Of a stretch of 64,000 bases of DNA, positions 35,686 through 46,865 are shown in pieces. Origin of the DNA: Takakia lepidozioides. Its lineage: Eukaryota; Plantae; Bryophyta. The stretch is taken from assembly GCA_030704615.1 (NCBI GenBank), contig CM060731.1, forward strand, positions 74,586,001-74,650,000. Direction: 5' to 3'. The notes under the pieces were generated by a model that was not told where the DNA came from, made no database searches, and saw only the letters and a program-made list of their open reading frames with translations. Within the stretch, counting starts at the first letter, position 1. Every line of letters begins with the position of its first letter. The translations under genes and the position numbers were made by a program.

Positions 35686-38600
35686 TCACTGGTCCCCTGG
35701 ATCCATATTCAGAAGAGTGTGAACCTCCTGGGGGCTCAACCCTGGTGCATGTATGAAGTGATGAGTTGTGGAATTACAACGGAGTCTCTTTAGGTACACG
35801 TAGTACAAATGCTTGCAAGGGCAGTATGATGCCCCCTTGTTCGCCATGATCTGGAAGTCGGTGCAATTGCAGGTGGGTAATTCTGAAATGGTGATGGTGT
35901 ACACCTCATTGCGAACAGCTGAGCCCGCCGTGGCCATCTGATACACACGCCCGAATCCTGGTGGGGGCACTTCTGTCGAGCTCTGGATTGTACAGTTCAT
36001 CCGAAGTGCATTCCCCATCCTTGTCTCGTTCACTTTTGAGGGAGGTCGCCTCTTCGGTTTCCCCCAACGGTGTGTAGGATGCTTAGAGCTGTCGTGTCCC
36101 ATTGTTCTTGCTCTCACAGGGGTCGGTGGTGGAGGCTGTGGAAGCGGAAATGGTTGTGGGGACGTCAGTGCGCTGCACCATCCGAAATCCTGCGGCGGTA
36201 AGGGCGTCGGCCTCAACCTGACTCAGATCGCAGCCTGGTTCCACCGGCCACACCGGGGAGCCTCTGGCATTGTTGTATGCCGTACTTGGGCTTTCCATAC
36301 ACGCAAGTCATAATGTCGTGCCTGCAGAACCAGAACTGGGTGGTTGTCGCCTCCGCAAACTTTGCATGGACAAATCTTCCTGTAAAAGTAGGAGCAGGGA
36401 CAGCCCCATCTGGATTCCTCCTTTCATCATCTCTAAACAACGTTGCCGTGTATCCACACGAATTGCGGAACACCTTCCTCGAAACGACGGCTTTGTGCGA
36501 GCAATTCTCCACTGTGAGGCAGACACAGTCGTCTCCACAATGGCTTGGCCATACTGCATAACAGCGGGCGGAATGTGGGGCAAGGGAGCGGTGGGAATTT
36601 GTTGCACGAAATCCCCGGTTGAAGGCGACGGCGATCTGGAATTTCTTGGGCTTCCACTGCTGGAAGACACATTGTGCGGCAACATGACGGGACCTCGAGG
36701 TGCTGTCCGAATGTTCCTGTCGGATCTCCAGGAATCCTCTTCGCACCCGGGTTCCTCTTCAATCCTCCGCCTGACAGGGCGAGTCCGGACGTCCCCCTCT
36801 AGGTGTTCACCTCTGCGGTGCAGAGGCGTCCCTTTGATCTTCTCTCGCAATGCTGTCGCCCATTTCACTGGATTCTTGGACCTCGAAGCTGTTCGTACCA
36901 ACAATTCCTCCCTGTCCGGCCCAAAGCCCCATTGTTTGCCGCTCAGGAACTTGTAGTACGTGGCTTGCTGCATGATTGCTCTGTCGATGTCCTCCGTTGT
37001 GGCCGTCACTACGTCCACCAGATGTGCGGCAGAAGACGCTCGCCAGGAGGAGTGGACCGATTCTGCCATATTCGTGTTCGGCATGTCCGTGTCGGAATCC
37101 AAGCACCGCTCCTAGAAGGACACAAACAACGGTGAGGGACCAATCGAAATGTCCGTAACAGAAAGACAAATGAACGAAATGACAGCAGCCTACCTCCCGC
37201 ATGTACTGTCCGAACTGTCGATACCGAAAATGCCACCACCCCAACCAGCTGTGCAATGCTCCCAGATTGGTTGTCTCCACTGCACCTGACGTGTTCCACC
37301 AAGCCTCGATGATAGCAAACTTAACCTCCGCGTCATCAAATGTGGGTGCATCCTTCCACGCCGTACAAAGGACACGGTGTTCAGCCTGGAATGAGCTAGC
37401 AACAAATTTGGTAGTGTAGTGGGATAGACTCTGCATCCAATGGAATCCACAGGATCTCTCTTTCCCCTCCATTGGAACATTGGGGTCCTCACCGTACACA
37501 CGCCGCACCGCTGCCCAGTTGGCCTGAGCGTTGTCTGCCATGAATCCCCTGAAAATGGGCTCTGGCAATCCCGCCCTTGCCATCTGCTCGTTTATGCCCT
37601 CCCACAGATGCATCTCGGACTGTGTGTCCTCCCCTTTCATCTCGCAGATTGCAATCGTCATGAGCCTCTTGGAGTGATAGTCATAAACATGCGCACCCAT
37701 AGTCACCCACTGATGGTTTGTAATTCGCTTGATGTGATCAAACATCACCCAAGCATTCGACAAGTTTCCAGTTGTCATGCGAGTGACCAAGTCGACTCCA
37801 CTCCCAGGCCCACACGTCGACATTTTGAAAATGTAACAACGATCGGATTCGCTGCCTTGCCCTGGAAACCTGCTACCTTGGATGTAGTCATATCCAGTCA
37901 TTCGTTTCACCTCCAGGATTGAGTACATGTCCGACCCCCTGCCGAACTCCTGCTTGCAAGATACGATGTGATTCCGCACATTCGGACTACAAACGTGCGA
38001 GACGGACTCCAAGAGGTCACGCATCGTCTTCGGTCAAGGGCTCTCGGTCGGAACCATCTTCAGACATGATTTTGCCAAGAGCAATCTTGTGGGCTGCCTT
38101 CAGCTGAATCTGCTTTGGTCTGGCTCCGGGGCTCAATTTCACCTCCTCTTTTATGATGTCGTGTGCTTCCTGCACAGCCTCACGCATGTTGCCTCTCGCC
38201 AAGGGGTGGCAGTGGACCCCAACGTGTATGCAAGCTCTAGTCAAGTCCGGGAGCAAATGGATTACGTAATATTGCTTGGCTCTGCACATGGACATGCACG
38301 TCGGTGGTTCTTTGCAATGTGCACACTTGAAAGAACCCGCAGGAGCTTGGCTGGAGACAATGAATGGATGATGCGTTGTGCCAGTCCAATCCGTCTCGTT
38401 TCTCCGCCCTCCTTTGGAGAGAAAGTGGAAGCAGGTGGGATTGAGGCACCTCAGCTTCCCCGCACAGAGGACATATCGTACACGAACACCATCAGCAATT
38501 TTCGTGCTACTGGTCTTCGTCACACACCAGGGGTGTCCGTCATGCTTTCGATCCATGTCTGTTAACATCCCGGAGGCTTTCTTTGACGAAGAAACAGGTG

Positions 38601-39304
38601 GAAACTCGAAGATGACATTGCCATCGACTTCGGGAGGCAGAAAAGTTACCTTTCTGACTGGGAATTTGGCATAGTCGAGAGCAGCCAGCTCGGAGCGAGA
38701 ACCATCGAGGTGATGTTGTCGTAGGAGCTGCACAATGGACCGGGTTGGAGTTATGCTCGAGGGCACATGCGTAGCACCTACAGAGACGTCCATGCCGGAT
38801 TTGAACGACCGTGTGGAGGACATGGGTACCTCAATGCAATCATCTTCCTCGTCGGAAATGTCGAATACGTCCACACGAGAAGCTATGGAGGGTCTTGACG
38901 GTCCAGGTCGGGAATGATTATCGTTGCATACCTCTCTGTTGGCAGTGGCCGCCTCTCGGTTTCCGGACTCCTTTGTGGATGGTGTGGGCAGCGACTGATT
39001 CGGAAAGGGAATGGGCATTCCCACAGCTCGGTACAGGATGGTGTCTGACGGGGGGAACGTGCCATTCGATTCCGCAACCTCCGTCGTTACCTAGCACGAC
39101 AATGGTCTCGTCAACCTGTCCAGGAACATCCTTCCTTTCTTCTTCCAAATAAACTGTGCCCGGTTTGAGCTTGAATTTGGAACAAAGGTAAGTTTCAGTC
39201 ACTCTGCAAAATCCAGGCTCTCCCAAGGAGGACAGCAAACTATAGCGTAGGAATTCGGAGCCATTTGGCAAGTGCGAGGTTAGTATGGGGTGGGCGGAGT
39301 CCAT
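35686..39304 (-). CDS. MULE-like DDE transposase with N-terminal GCM/WRKY-like Zn domain and C-terminal SWIM finger (one intron, several frameshifts)
   Basis: WVMFDH (D1), GFMADNAQA (D2), ERSCGFHW (CxxH), NTNMAESVH (E) after a phase-0 GT-AG intron at 37193-37112. SWIM: CNCTDF...CPCKHL. N-terminal HDGHPW...CAGKLRCLNPTC...CAHC...HVGVHCHP. Confidence 0.8.
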
Positions 39305-39346
39305 CGACTCGCACATTGAAGTGGAAAGTAATGAACAACGGGAACA

Positions 39347-40490
39347 GAAATGCGGCACCGCATTTCCGTCGAGTCGCACTTTTCGACATTCCATAAAGGA
39401 AATGCGGCGCCGCATTTTTGTATCTGATGCCTGGAGCCGAGTAGATTCCGACAGCTTCATACAGCGCAATTCCGACCGGTTGAGTATCCAGAACGGAAAT
39501 CGCACAGCATGCCGGTGCATTTCCGTTCTGACTGAAAATCGTGAACCATCGGAACTGAAATGCGGCAACGTATTCCATCCGAGTCGCACCTACCATCATT
39601 CCAGAACGGAAATGCGGTACCGCATTTCCGTTCTGACTGAAAATCGTGAACCATCGGAACTGAAATGCGGCAGCGCATTTCCATCCGAGTCGCACCTCCC
39701 AACATTCCAGAACGGAATGTATTAGATTTAAAAGGGAAATGCGGCACCGCATTTCCGTTCTGATGAAATATCCTGAAACATCGGAATGAAATGCGGTACC
39801 GCATTTCCGTCGGAGTCCCACCATCCGACATTCCAAAACGGAAATGCGGCGCCGCATTTCCGTTTTGTATGTGAGGCATGGAGCTGTGGAACGAAAATGC
39901 GCATTTCCGCCAGCGTCAGACGTTAATACTCTACAGAACGGAAATGCGGTACCGCATTTCCATTCTGACTGAAAATCGTGCGCAACGGGTACAGAAATGC
40001 GGCACCGCATTTCCGTTCGAGTCGCACCTTCCGACATTCTCGAACGGAAATGCGGCGCCGCATTTCCGTTTGTATATTCGGCCTGGAGCTGTGCTACGGA
40101 AATGTGTTGCCGCATTTCCATCCATGTGAGACCTTCAACCTTTCCAGACCGGAAATGCGACACCGCATTTCTGTCCAGGTGAGACCTCTATACTTTCCCG
40201 AACGGAAATGTGGCACGGCATTTCCATTCATCAACTAACGTATGTGAAGTGGGAACGGAAATGCGGCGCCGCATTTCCCTTCTGAATCTCATACATGGAG
40301 CTGTGGGACGGAAATGCGGCACCGTATTTCCGTTCAACAACTAAGGTATGTGAAGGTGGAACGGAAATGCGGTGCCGCATTTTCTTCCAACAAGTACGGA
40401 TGTGTAGCTTCGTGATGGTACTTAACGGAAATGCGGCGCCGCATTCGCATTTTCGCTCCAACTCATCAGACGCTGGGACGGAAATGCCTT
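39347..40490. repeat. Array of ~19 palindromes GAAATGCGGYRCCGCATTTC, mostly 52-54 bp apart
   Basis: Copies begin near 39347, 39399, 39557, 39609, 39662, 39736, 39788, 39841, 39941, 39994, 40047, 40099, 40152, 40206, 40258, 40311, 40364 and 40428, plus degenerate ones. Confidence 0.95.
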
Positions 40491-40880
40491 GAAATGTGAA
40501 CACGTGGAGCAACGGAATTGCTGCACATGTCGGCACTCTATCTGACTGAAGGGGCATGAGGCGGCGCGGCCTGACCGTTGGATAATGATGTTTGATTTTC
40601 GGACGGCAGGCGTACCCTCAACGATTCGAATTTCGTAATGACGCAAACTCCACGAGGAGACACTTTCGTCCAACCTTTCGAACCCAAGTGGTGCATCACC
40701 GCCGTTTCATCTACTTTTGTCGTGTCTCCTCAGTCACCCCTCTCGCGCCCTTTCCATCTGCACTCTTTGCCCTTTTCCCTCTCTCTGTTCTTCTTATGCT
40801 CGAACTGAGAGGGGGGGGTTCGTGCACCAGACAGGAGACCTCGTCGCAAGCTCCGGAAATTATACTTCGGACGTAGGCCA

Positions 40881-43800
40881 ATGCCGAAGGGGAGGAAGCA
40901 GATGCGTCTACAGGAGGAGATTGCCATCTCCGAGCAGCAGGCCACTCAGGCAACCCAGCCACCAGTGAGAGCTCCATGCGATCGGGCTGCGCGCAGCTGA
41001 TCGAGCACCGAACCCCCCATTTTGCTTCTGTAATTCTTAGACTGAATGCTAGGAGACTTGAATGCAGAACATGTTTGCATGCCTAACAGGAAAGGTGGAC
41101 GTGCTGGAGGGATCGCAGGAATCCGAAGAGCCGCAGGAAGAGTCCGAGGAGCTAGCTGCAGCACGTACACCCACCCGATCCCCGAGCGCGGGTATTCCTG
41201 CCGGGCCTAGCCCTCTGCGATTCAAAGACGCGTCTTCGAAGGGCAAGTTCAAAGTCTCAGAGATCGACTCGCGTTCTTCGATCATGGAGAATCGCCAGCA
41301 GGGGTCGGGCCCTTCTCCAGCAAAGTCGAAGAAGAAGCAGCCCGTCCCTCTACTGGCTTCTGAACCGGCTCAGGCCGATTCACCCCCCCAACGCGAATGA
41401 AGCAGCAGGGTAGAAGACAGATTCTATTGCAGCAGACACCTTCACCTGCAAGGATGAGGAAGCAGAAGGCAATCAGGGCGACGGGCGAACAATCTCCCGC
41501 AAAACCGCTTCCACGAGCTGAAGCTCAGTTCCTGGAGGATTTCCCGCCTGCAGATGTTGGGGCCGACTCTGCTGCAGCGAAGGCAATGGGATCGACCGTT
41601 GATCTCGATTTGGTACCGGAGGAGGGTGCTGCCGCTGAACGTTCGCAGGCAGACCTCACCACCGATGAGCTAGCAGGCCCGGAGGAGGCCTCTGCAATGG
41701 CAGAATTGCCCGCACACAGGCCCCAGAGTGCAGCTCCAGTTGAGGATGCTCCAGCTGCTCAGCCACTACCGGCACCTACAGACATGTCTCCGGAGGATTT
41801 CAAAAGTGCAGCGGATAAAATGTTGGAGGAGACACACAGTAGCATTGGCAGAGTTCTGGGCAGCAGGGTATTCCAGCGGACTCTTCGAATCCCACTCTGT
41901 CGCATGGTCTCCCTTCCCATCGTCAGGCAGGCCCTTCCCGGAGATGTGGATAAGCTCAAGTTCGCATTTCGAGAAGGGTACCGTCTGGGATCGGCAGCGT
42001 TTTACGTTTCCATAGAGAATGAGGACGGCGAAACCCGTGGACCCACTGCCGATGAATTGTCAACGTGGGATACCCACTGGCACACTCGCAACCACGAATT
42101 CGAGGCGACGCTGAAGGGTGATCCCGACTTCGGCCATATGTCGGGTAAAATGTTCTTTGTGTGGGACGGGAATCACCGACTTCTCGCCTGGTGGGAGTAC
42201 ATCAAGCAGAACCATGCCAAGCACATTGGCTGGCATTACATGGTGGAGTGTGTCATCCTCAAGGTGAAGGCGGCAGACTCCTCCCTGCTCAAGAATGCCA
42301 TGGCGGACCTCAACTCGTAAGATACTCATACCCTCCCTAGCACATTCGAAATGCGGTGCCGCATTTCGGTTTCCATTCTGGTTTGATTCCGTGCTTCCGT
42401 GTACTGAACTGGAGAGTGTGCCTTGCAGGGTCACTGAGAATGCGTACGTGCATACCCACATGGCACATATGCTGTACAGGGTGAGGAAAACTGGTCTTAC
42501 TGATCCGCAGATGTTTGCGGAAATGCTGGAGCCGAGCTCATTCAGAAAGCCGTTGCAAAAACAGACCGGACATGGTATCGTCTCACTATGGATGGAATGG
42601 TGGAGGTGATATACGAAGTAAGTCGTGCTCCAATTTCCCTCTGCTCATCCTTCCCCAATTTCCAGTAATGTTTCCACATGAATCGAATGTAACGCTTGCA
42701 TGTTTTTGTTGGCAGTCAAACATCAAGCTGGATTTGGCCCATGCCAAACGCTTCTTCATGGAAAGTGAGGGGCAGGTCAAAACGTTGCAGTCATTGACTG
42801 AGCACTTGAAGGAAGCCGGTGTCAAGTCCAGAACCAAATACAAGTCAAAGCTTGTGAAGCTGGTGGCAATTGCAGATCCGGCACTTGGAAAGGACTTCAT
42901 CCCCGAGATTGCAAAACACTATTCTCGGGCCATGCAGCCGACCATGCAATTGGAGAAAACTGCATCACCTCTCAACGGCATGTGTGGAGGCGAAAGAGAA
43001 GGTGAGGTTTCAATGCACTGAATTTCCTTCCTAGCAATAGCCACTCTCTTCCAGCCACTGACATTGGATCGGAAATGGCAGACACGGTGGCTGTCGATCT
43101 GGAATGCATCCGAGAGCATAAGGACAATGTGGTCTTTTCCACTGGAAGTTTCCGACCCTGCAGTGGATGTGTGGCTCAACCGTATGACTTGGTGGTTCCA
43201 GGTAATTCAAGGTACTTCCCCAGATTGCTTTTCTGACATGAATTCCTGAACTGCTACGTGACAATGCATTTGGGAATGGCAGGTAATGTCGAATGCGAAG
43301 GAGCAAGTCGTAATGCACACAAATTCGTTCGGCTTGTACGTCAAATGGGATGGAACACAGACATTGGAAGACTACGTGACACGTTTCAGATGTGCGTACA
43401 AGGACAACCTTTTCGCCAGAGAGCTACAGACAGCAAGAAGGAGCGTGGAGTTTACACATCAGGAGGGGGGGGAAAGCTGCAATGCGAATTGTTTACAGGT
43501 GAAGCACAGCTGCCCTTGTATGCGAAGCCTGGTTACGAGGTTTGTCTCGGAAATGCGGCACCGCATTCGCATTTTATGTTTTCGGTGGCACTCTGCCAGT
43601 AGGTTGGTCTCAAACTTTTGCTCACGCATGCTGACTGCCTTGCAGGTATATGAAATACGTGCTCCTTCAGACAGGGGCCCTGGCTCAAGAGCCCCCGTTC
43701 TTCATGGCTTGGACCGTGCGGGCCCAAGCTGTGTCTACACACCCGAGATGCAGAAACAATGGCATCCCGCGCATCTCGTTGGATGCCCGTGGTACCTGGA

Positions 43801-45919
43801 CATGTCTGGCGGTATTGTTGACGAGTCTGAGAAAGATCTGCACGCCTTGGCAGAAGAGAAGAGAAAGGAAAGACGTGTCCCTGCTGGGCCAAAGTCGGCA
43901 AAGGAATCTGCTGCTCTGGAAGAATCCAGAAAGGCAGCTGAGATGGCACAAAAGACGGTGGATGCAGCTGTGCAGGCCCAACAGAAGGGGTCGAAGAAGA
44001 GGACTCGCCAGCAAGGAGCAGCTGTTGTGACACCCGCCAAAACGAAGAAGCAGAAACAGCCTGTTCAGGAAGAGGGTGAGGAAGAGGACTCCGATGGAGA
44101 CTTTGCAACCAGCCCACCCCCCCAAACGCAGGCTGCCTCCCCTGTGCCCACCGTTGTCACGAGAGGCACGAGAACTGGCTCGGCAAAGAAGGCACTCTTC
44201 AACCCCCCAGGGGGGCACCCTTTCGAGCCGGTGGAAATGAAGAGGCCGAAAGTGGCTCCCGAAACTGTAGTCCAGTGTGTAAATGAGAGTTTCTTGGCGG
44301 CTTTGGATGGACGGGCAGCCAAGTTGGCATACATGAAGACCATGGAGGGTCTGAAGGGCAGAGCACTGAAGAAGGCGACTGCCGAAGAGCCTTCCGACAC
44401 CCCAGGATTTCAGAATATGGTCTCGTTCTTTGAGAGGGTGTGTGCAGACAAGGATTGTAGGAGGGGCGGAAATGCCACCGAGTGGTCTTGCGATATGATC
44501 ATCTTGGATATTCCGGACGGAGAGCCTGTGGAAGGACTGCAAGCTTTGCCATCTTGGAACAGGTACTCGGAGGACTTTTGGAAAAAAGGATTCGGGCTTG
44601 CCCGCATGGTGTTGGACGACAGAGGCTGTGTGGTTGTCCTGGCGAGCAGAGGAAAAAACACTCAGACAGGAATTGCGAAGTGGACCCGCAAGAGCGCCGT
44701 CCCGATTCTGAAAAAGAAGTGGACGTGCATCAACACACTGGGCCTTCGGTCGGAAGGGAAGAAGGTGATTACGACACTGGCACTCGTCCATTCATTTGCT
44801 TGGGTGTTTTCAAATGCGGTGCCGCATTCGGTTTCTAATCGTTTTCCCCCTGTGTATGCAGACGAAGCAGTTCGATGCATACTGCTTTGTGAAGGAAACT
44901 CCACCTTTGCTTTCCGGAAGGAGGGAGGAAAGGTTGACCCGAACTGCGACCCACTCGATTACGACGTTCTGTTCAACAACGTTCCCAAGGAACTTCTCCC
45001 TCATAGCCTCACTTCAACGGAACCCCTGCGGTACTCACGGACTCGGAGCCCTGCCTTCATTCAGACAATTATGGAGACATGCACAGACGTGGAGGGCACA
45101 GTGCTCGACCTCATCTGTGGGACAGGTATGCAGAATCTTGATCTCTGCTGTTCTGCAAATTCTCGTTAGGATGTAGTTCGCAACATCTGAAGCGCCATGT
45201 GGTAATGTGTGGATGGCATTGTAACAGGTGCCTCAATGTGGGCTGGGCGGTTTTCCGACCGGCACCTCTTTGCCTACGAGGAGGATTCATCCGTGTGGGG
45301 ATCCCATCTGGAGGGGCTGCAACGGAATGTGAAGGCTCCCGACAGAGCGGAAGTCTCCTCGGATTCGTCGGAGTCCGAGGAAGACACAGTGGACATTGAT
45401 GCAGAGGAGAAACCCGGAATACGAGTGAGTGCAAACATTGTAAGTTTGCAAAGCCTTCTGGGTCATTTATGTCAAAGGAATTTCCCGACTGTGGTTCTCA
45501 TTAGTCTCGTTGATGATTGTCATGTGCAGGATTGCAGGGTCCGGGTCGAAACATGTAGGGCCTACACTTCCTGCCAGGAAGAATGTCCCGTTCTTTGCGA
45601 GGGCCGACTTCATGACGAGCCGGTGAGGGACTACTCCCTTCCTAGTTATGCAGCTAAACTCGCAAATACAGCGATTAGAAGAAGTGAGAATCCCAGTAAA
45701 GTAGAGCAGATTTTGGAGAGGGCTAGGGAGGACAGAAGGATAAGGAAAGAGTTGGCAGCAGCTCAGACAGGTAGACGGGTACGAAAGTACATATGTGATT
45801 CAGCGGATGAGAGCGACGCAGACAGGGAGGAAGACGACCCAACGGAGGTGAGATGGACAGTTCCGCAAGGGGAAGATGGGATTTTCGAAAGCCTGGCCAA
45901 CGAGCAGTCCTGGAGATGA
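40881..45919 (+). CDS. Spliced gene: low-complexity N-terminus, ParB/Srx-like domain, and beta-class N6A/N4C DNA methyltransferase-fold domain
   Basis: ParB-like RIPLCRM...RQ...DVDKLK...FYV...FFVWDGNHRLLAW (41880-42200). MTase: CDMIILDIPDG (motif IV position), ARMVLDDRGCVVV, RSPAFIQTIMETCTDVEGTVLDLICGT^GASMWAGRFSDRHLFAYEED (motifs X-I-II joined over an intron at ~45127-45227). GT-AG introns near 42317-42428, 42618-42716, 43002-43054, 43202-43282, 43499-43646, 44765-44861, 45127-45227 and 45425-45529. The start codon is uncertain. Confidence 0.7.
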
Positions 45920-46185
45920 GAGAGGCACTGAGGGGGTGGAGGAGGAGCAGGACAGTCTAGAACAGGATGAGGATTCCGATGATTTTCAAGATTAATAGAA
46001 TTTTAATGAAGTCTCTGTAAATGTAAATTCTCTTCCAGAGTATATAAAAGAAAATTCTGCCCGACATTCGTGACCCCTCTCCAGTGTGCATTCCAGCCAC
46101 ACAATCGCCCAAACCAGGACGCTCCCAAAATCAGAAATGGGTCAGGGCATTTCCAAAATTTTGGCAACTCTAAGAACCTCTTTTG

Positions 46186-46865
46186 GAAATGCGGCACCGC
46201 ATTTCCAAAACAGGGGAGGGACTAATTTTTCCATTTCAATGTTGGCATAGTAAAAAGTAATCTGAATTGGGAATGCGGTGCCGCATTTCCAAAATTTCCT
46301 TTGTCCACACGCCAGTTTTGGCCTCTCCGCTCATTGCATGGATGCCACCACGCTTACAGAGGTCGAACAAGGAGGTCGAACAAGGAGGCCGACATGGCGG
46401 GATTGAAATGCGGTGCCGCATTCCATATTGGGGATGGTCGTTGTTCGAACTGCAGGCCCCATCAGCAAAAATTGGCACCGCATTCCATTGTAAAAAAAAA
46501 GTCGATGACGGACATGGAAATGCGGCGCCGCATTTCCAGAACGGACATCGCAATTTGTCCATTTGCAGACCCTCTCTCGGAAATGCGGTAACGCATTCCA
46601 TCGCGCTGGTCGGAAATAGGTGCACTTTTCGAAGTGTTGGACGGAAATGCGGCACCGCATTCCCTTGTCCAAAAAGAAGTTTCCATTGCCAAGCTGGAAA
46701 TGCGTCGCCGCATTTGCAATGCCAACCTCGTTTTCTGATCAATTTATAGACCCGTGTTGGTATTTCGTGTACCTGGACGGAAATGATGCACCGCATTTTC
46801 TTGTCCCACATGGAAATGCGGTGCCGCATTTCGATGTCCGACATGGAAATGCGGTGCCGCATGTC
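46186..46865. repeat. Second cluster of ~11 GAAATGCGGYRCCGCATTTC palindromes
   Basis: Copies near 46186, 46271, 46405, 46468, 46517, 46580, 46644, 46697, 46780, 46813 and 46846. Confidence 0.9.

Noticed and set aside
39347-40490. CRISPR-like array (palindromic repeat with ~32-bp spacers)
   Set aside because: The spacers are related to each other in a few recurring types, the repeat also occurs singly in introns, no cas genes are visible, and the context is eukaryotic.
39240-40673. Multiple overlapping ORFs with MRRRIS/KCGTAF/GNAAPHF repeats (also at 46236-46921)
   Set aside because: These are translations of the stop-free palindrome array on both strands, not credible proteins.
40881-45919. 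Bacterial or phage contamination (ParB-MTase)
   Set aside because: The gene has multiple GT-AG introns and lies within TIRs inside a plant retrotransposon.
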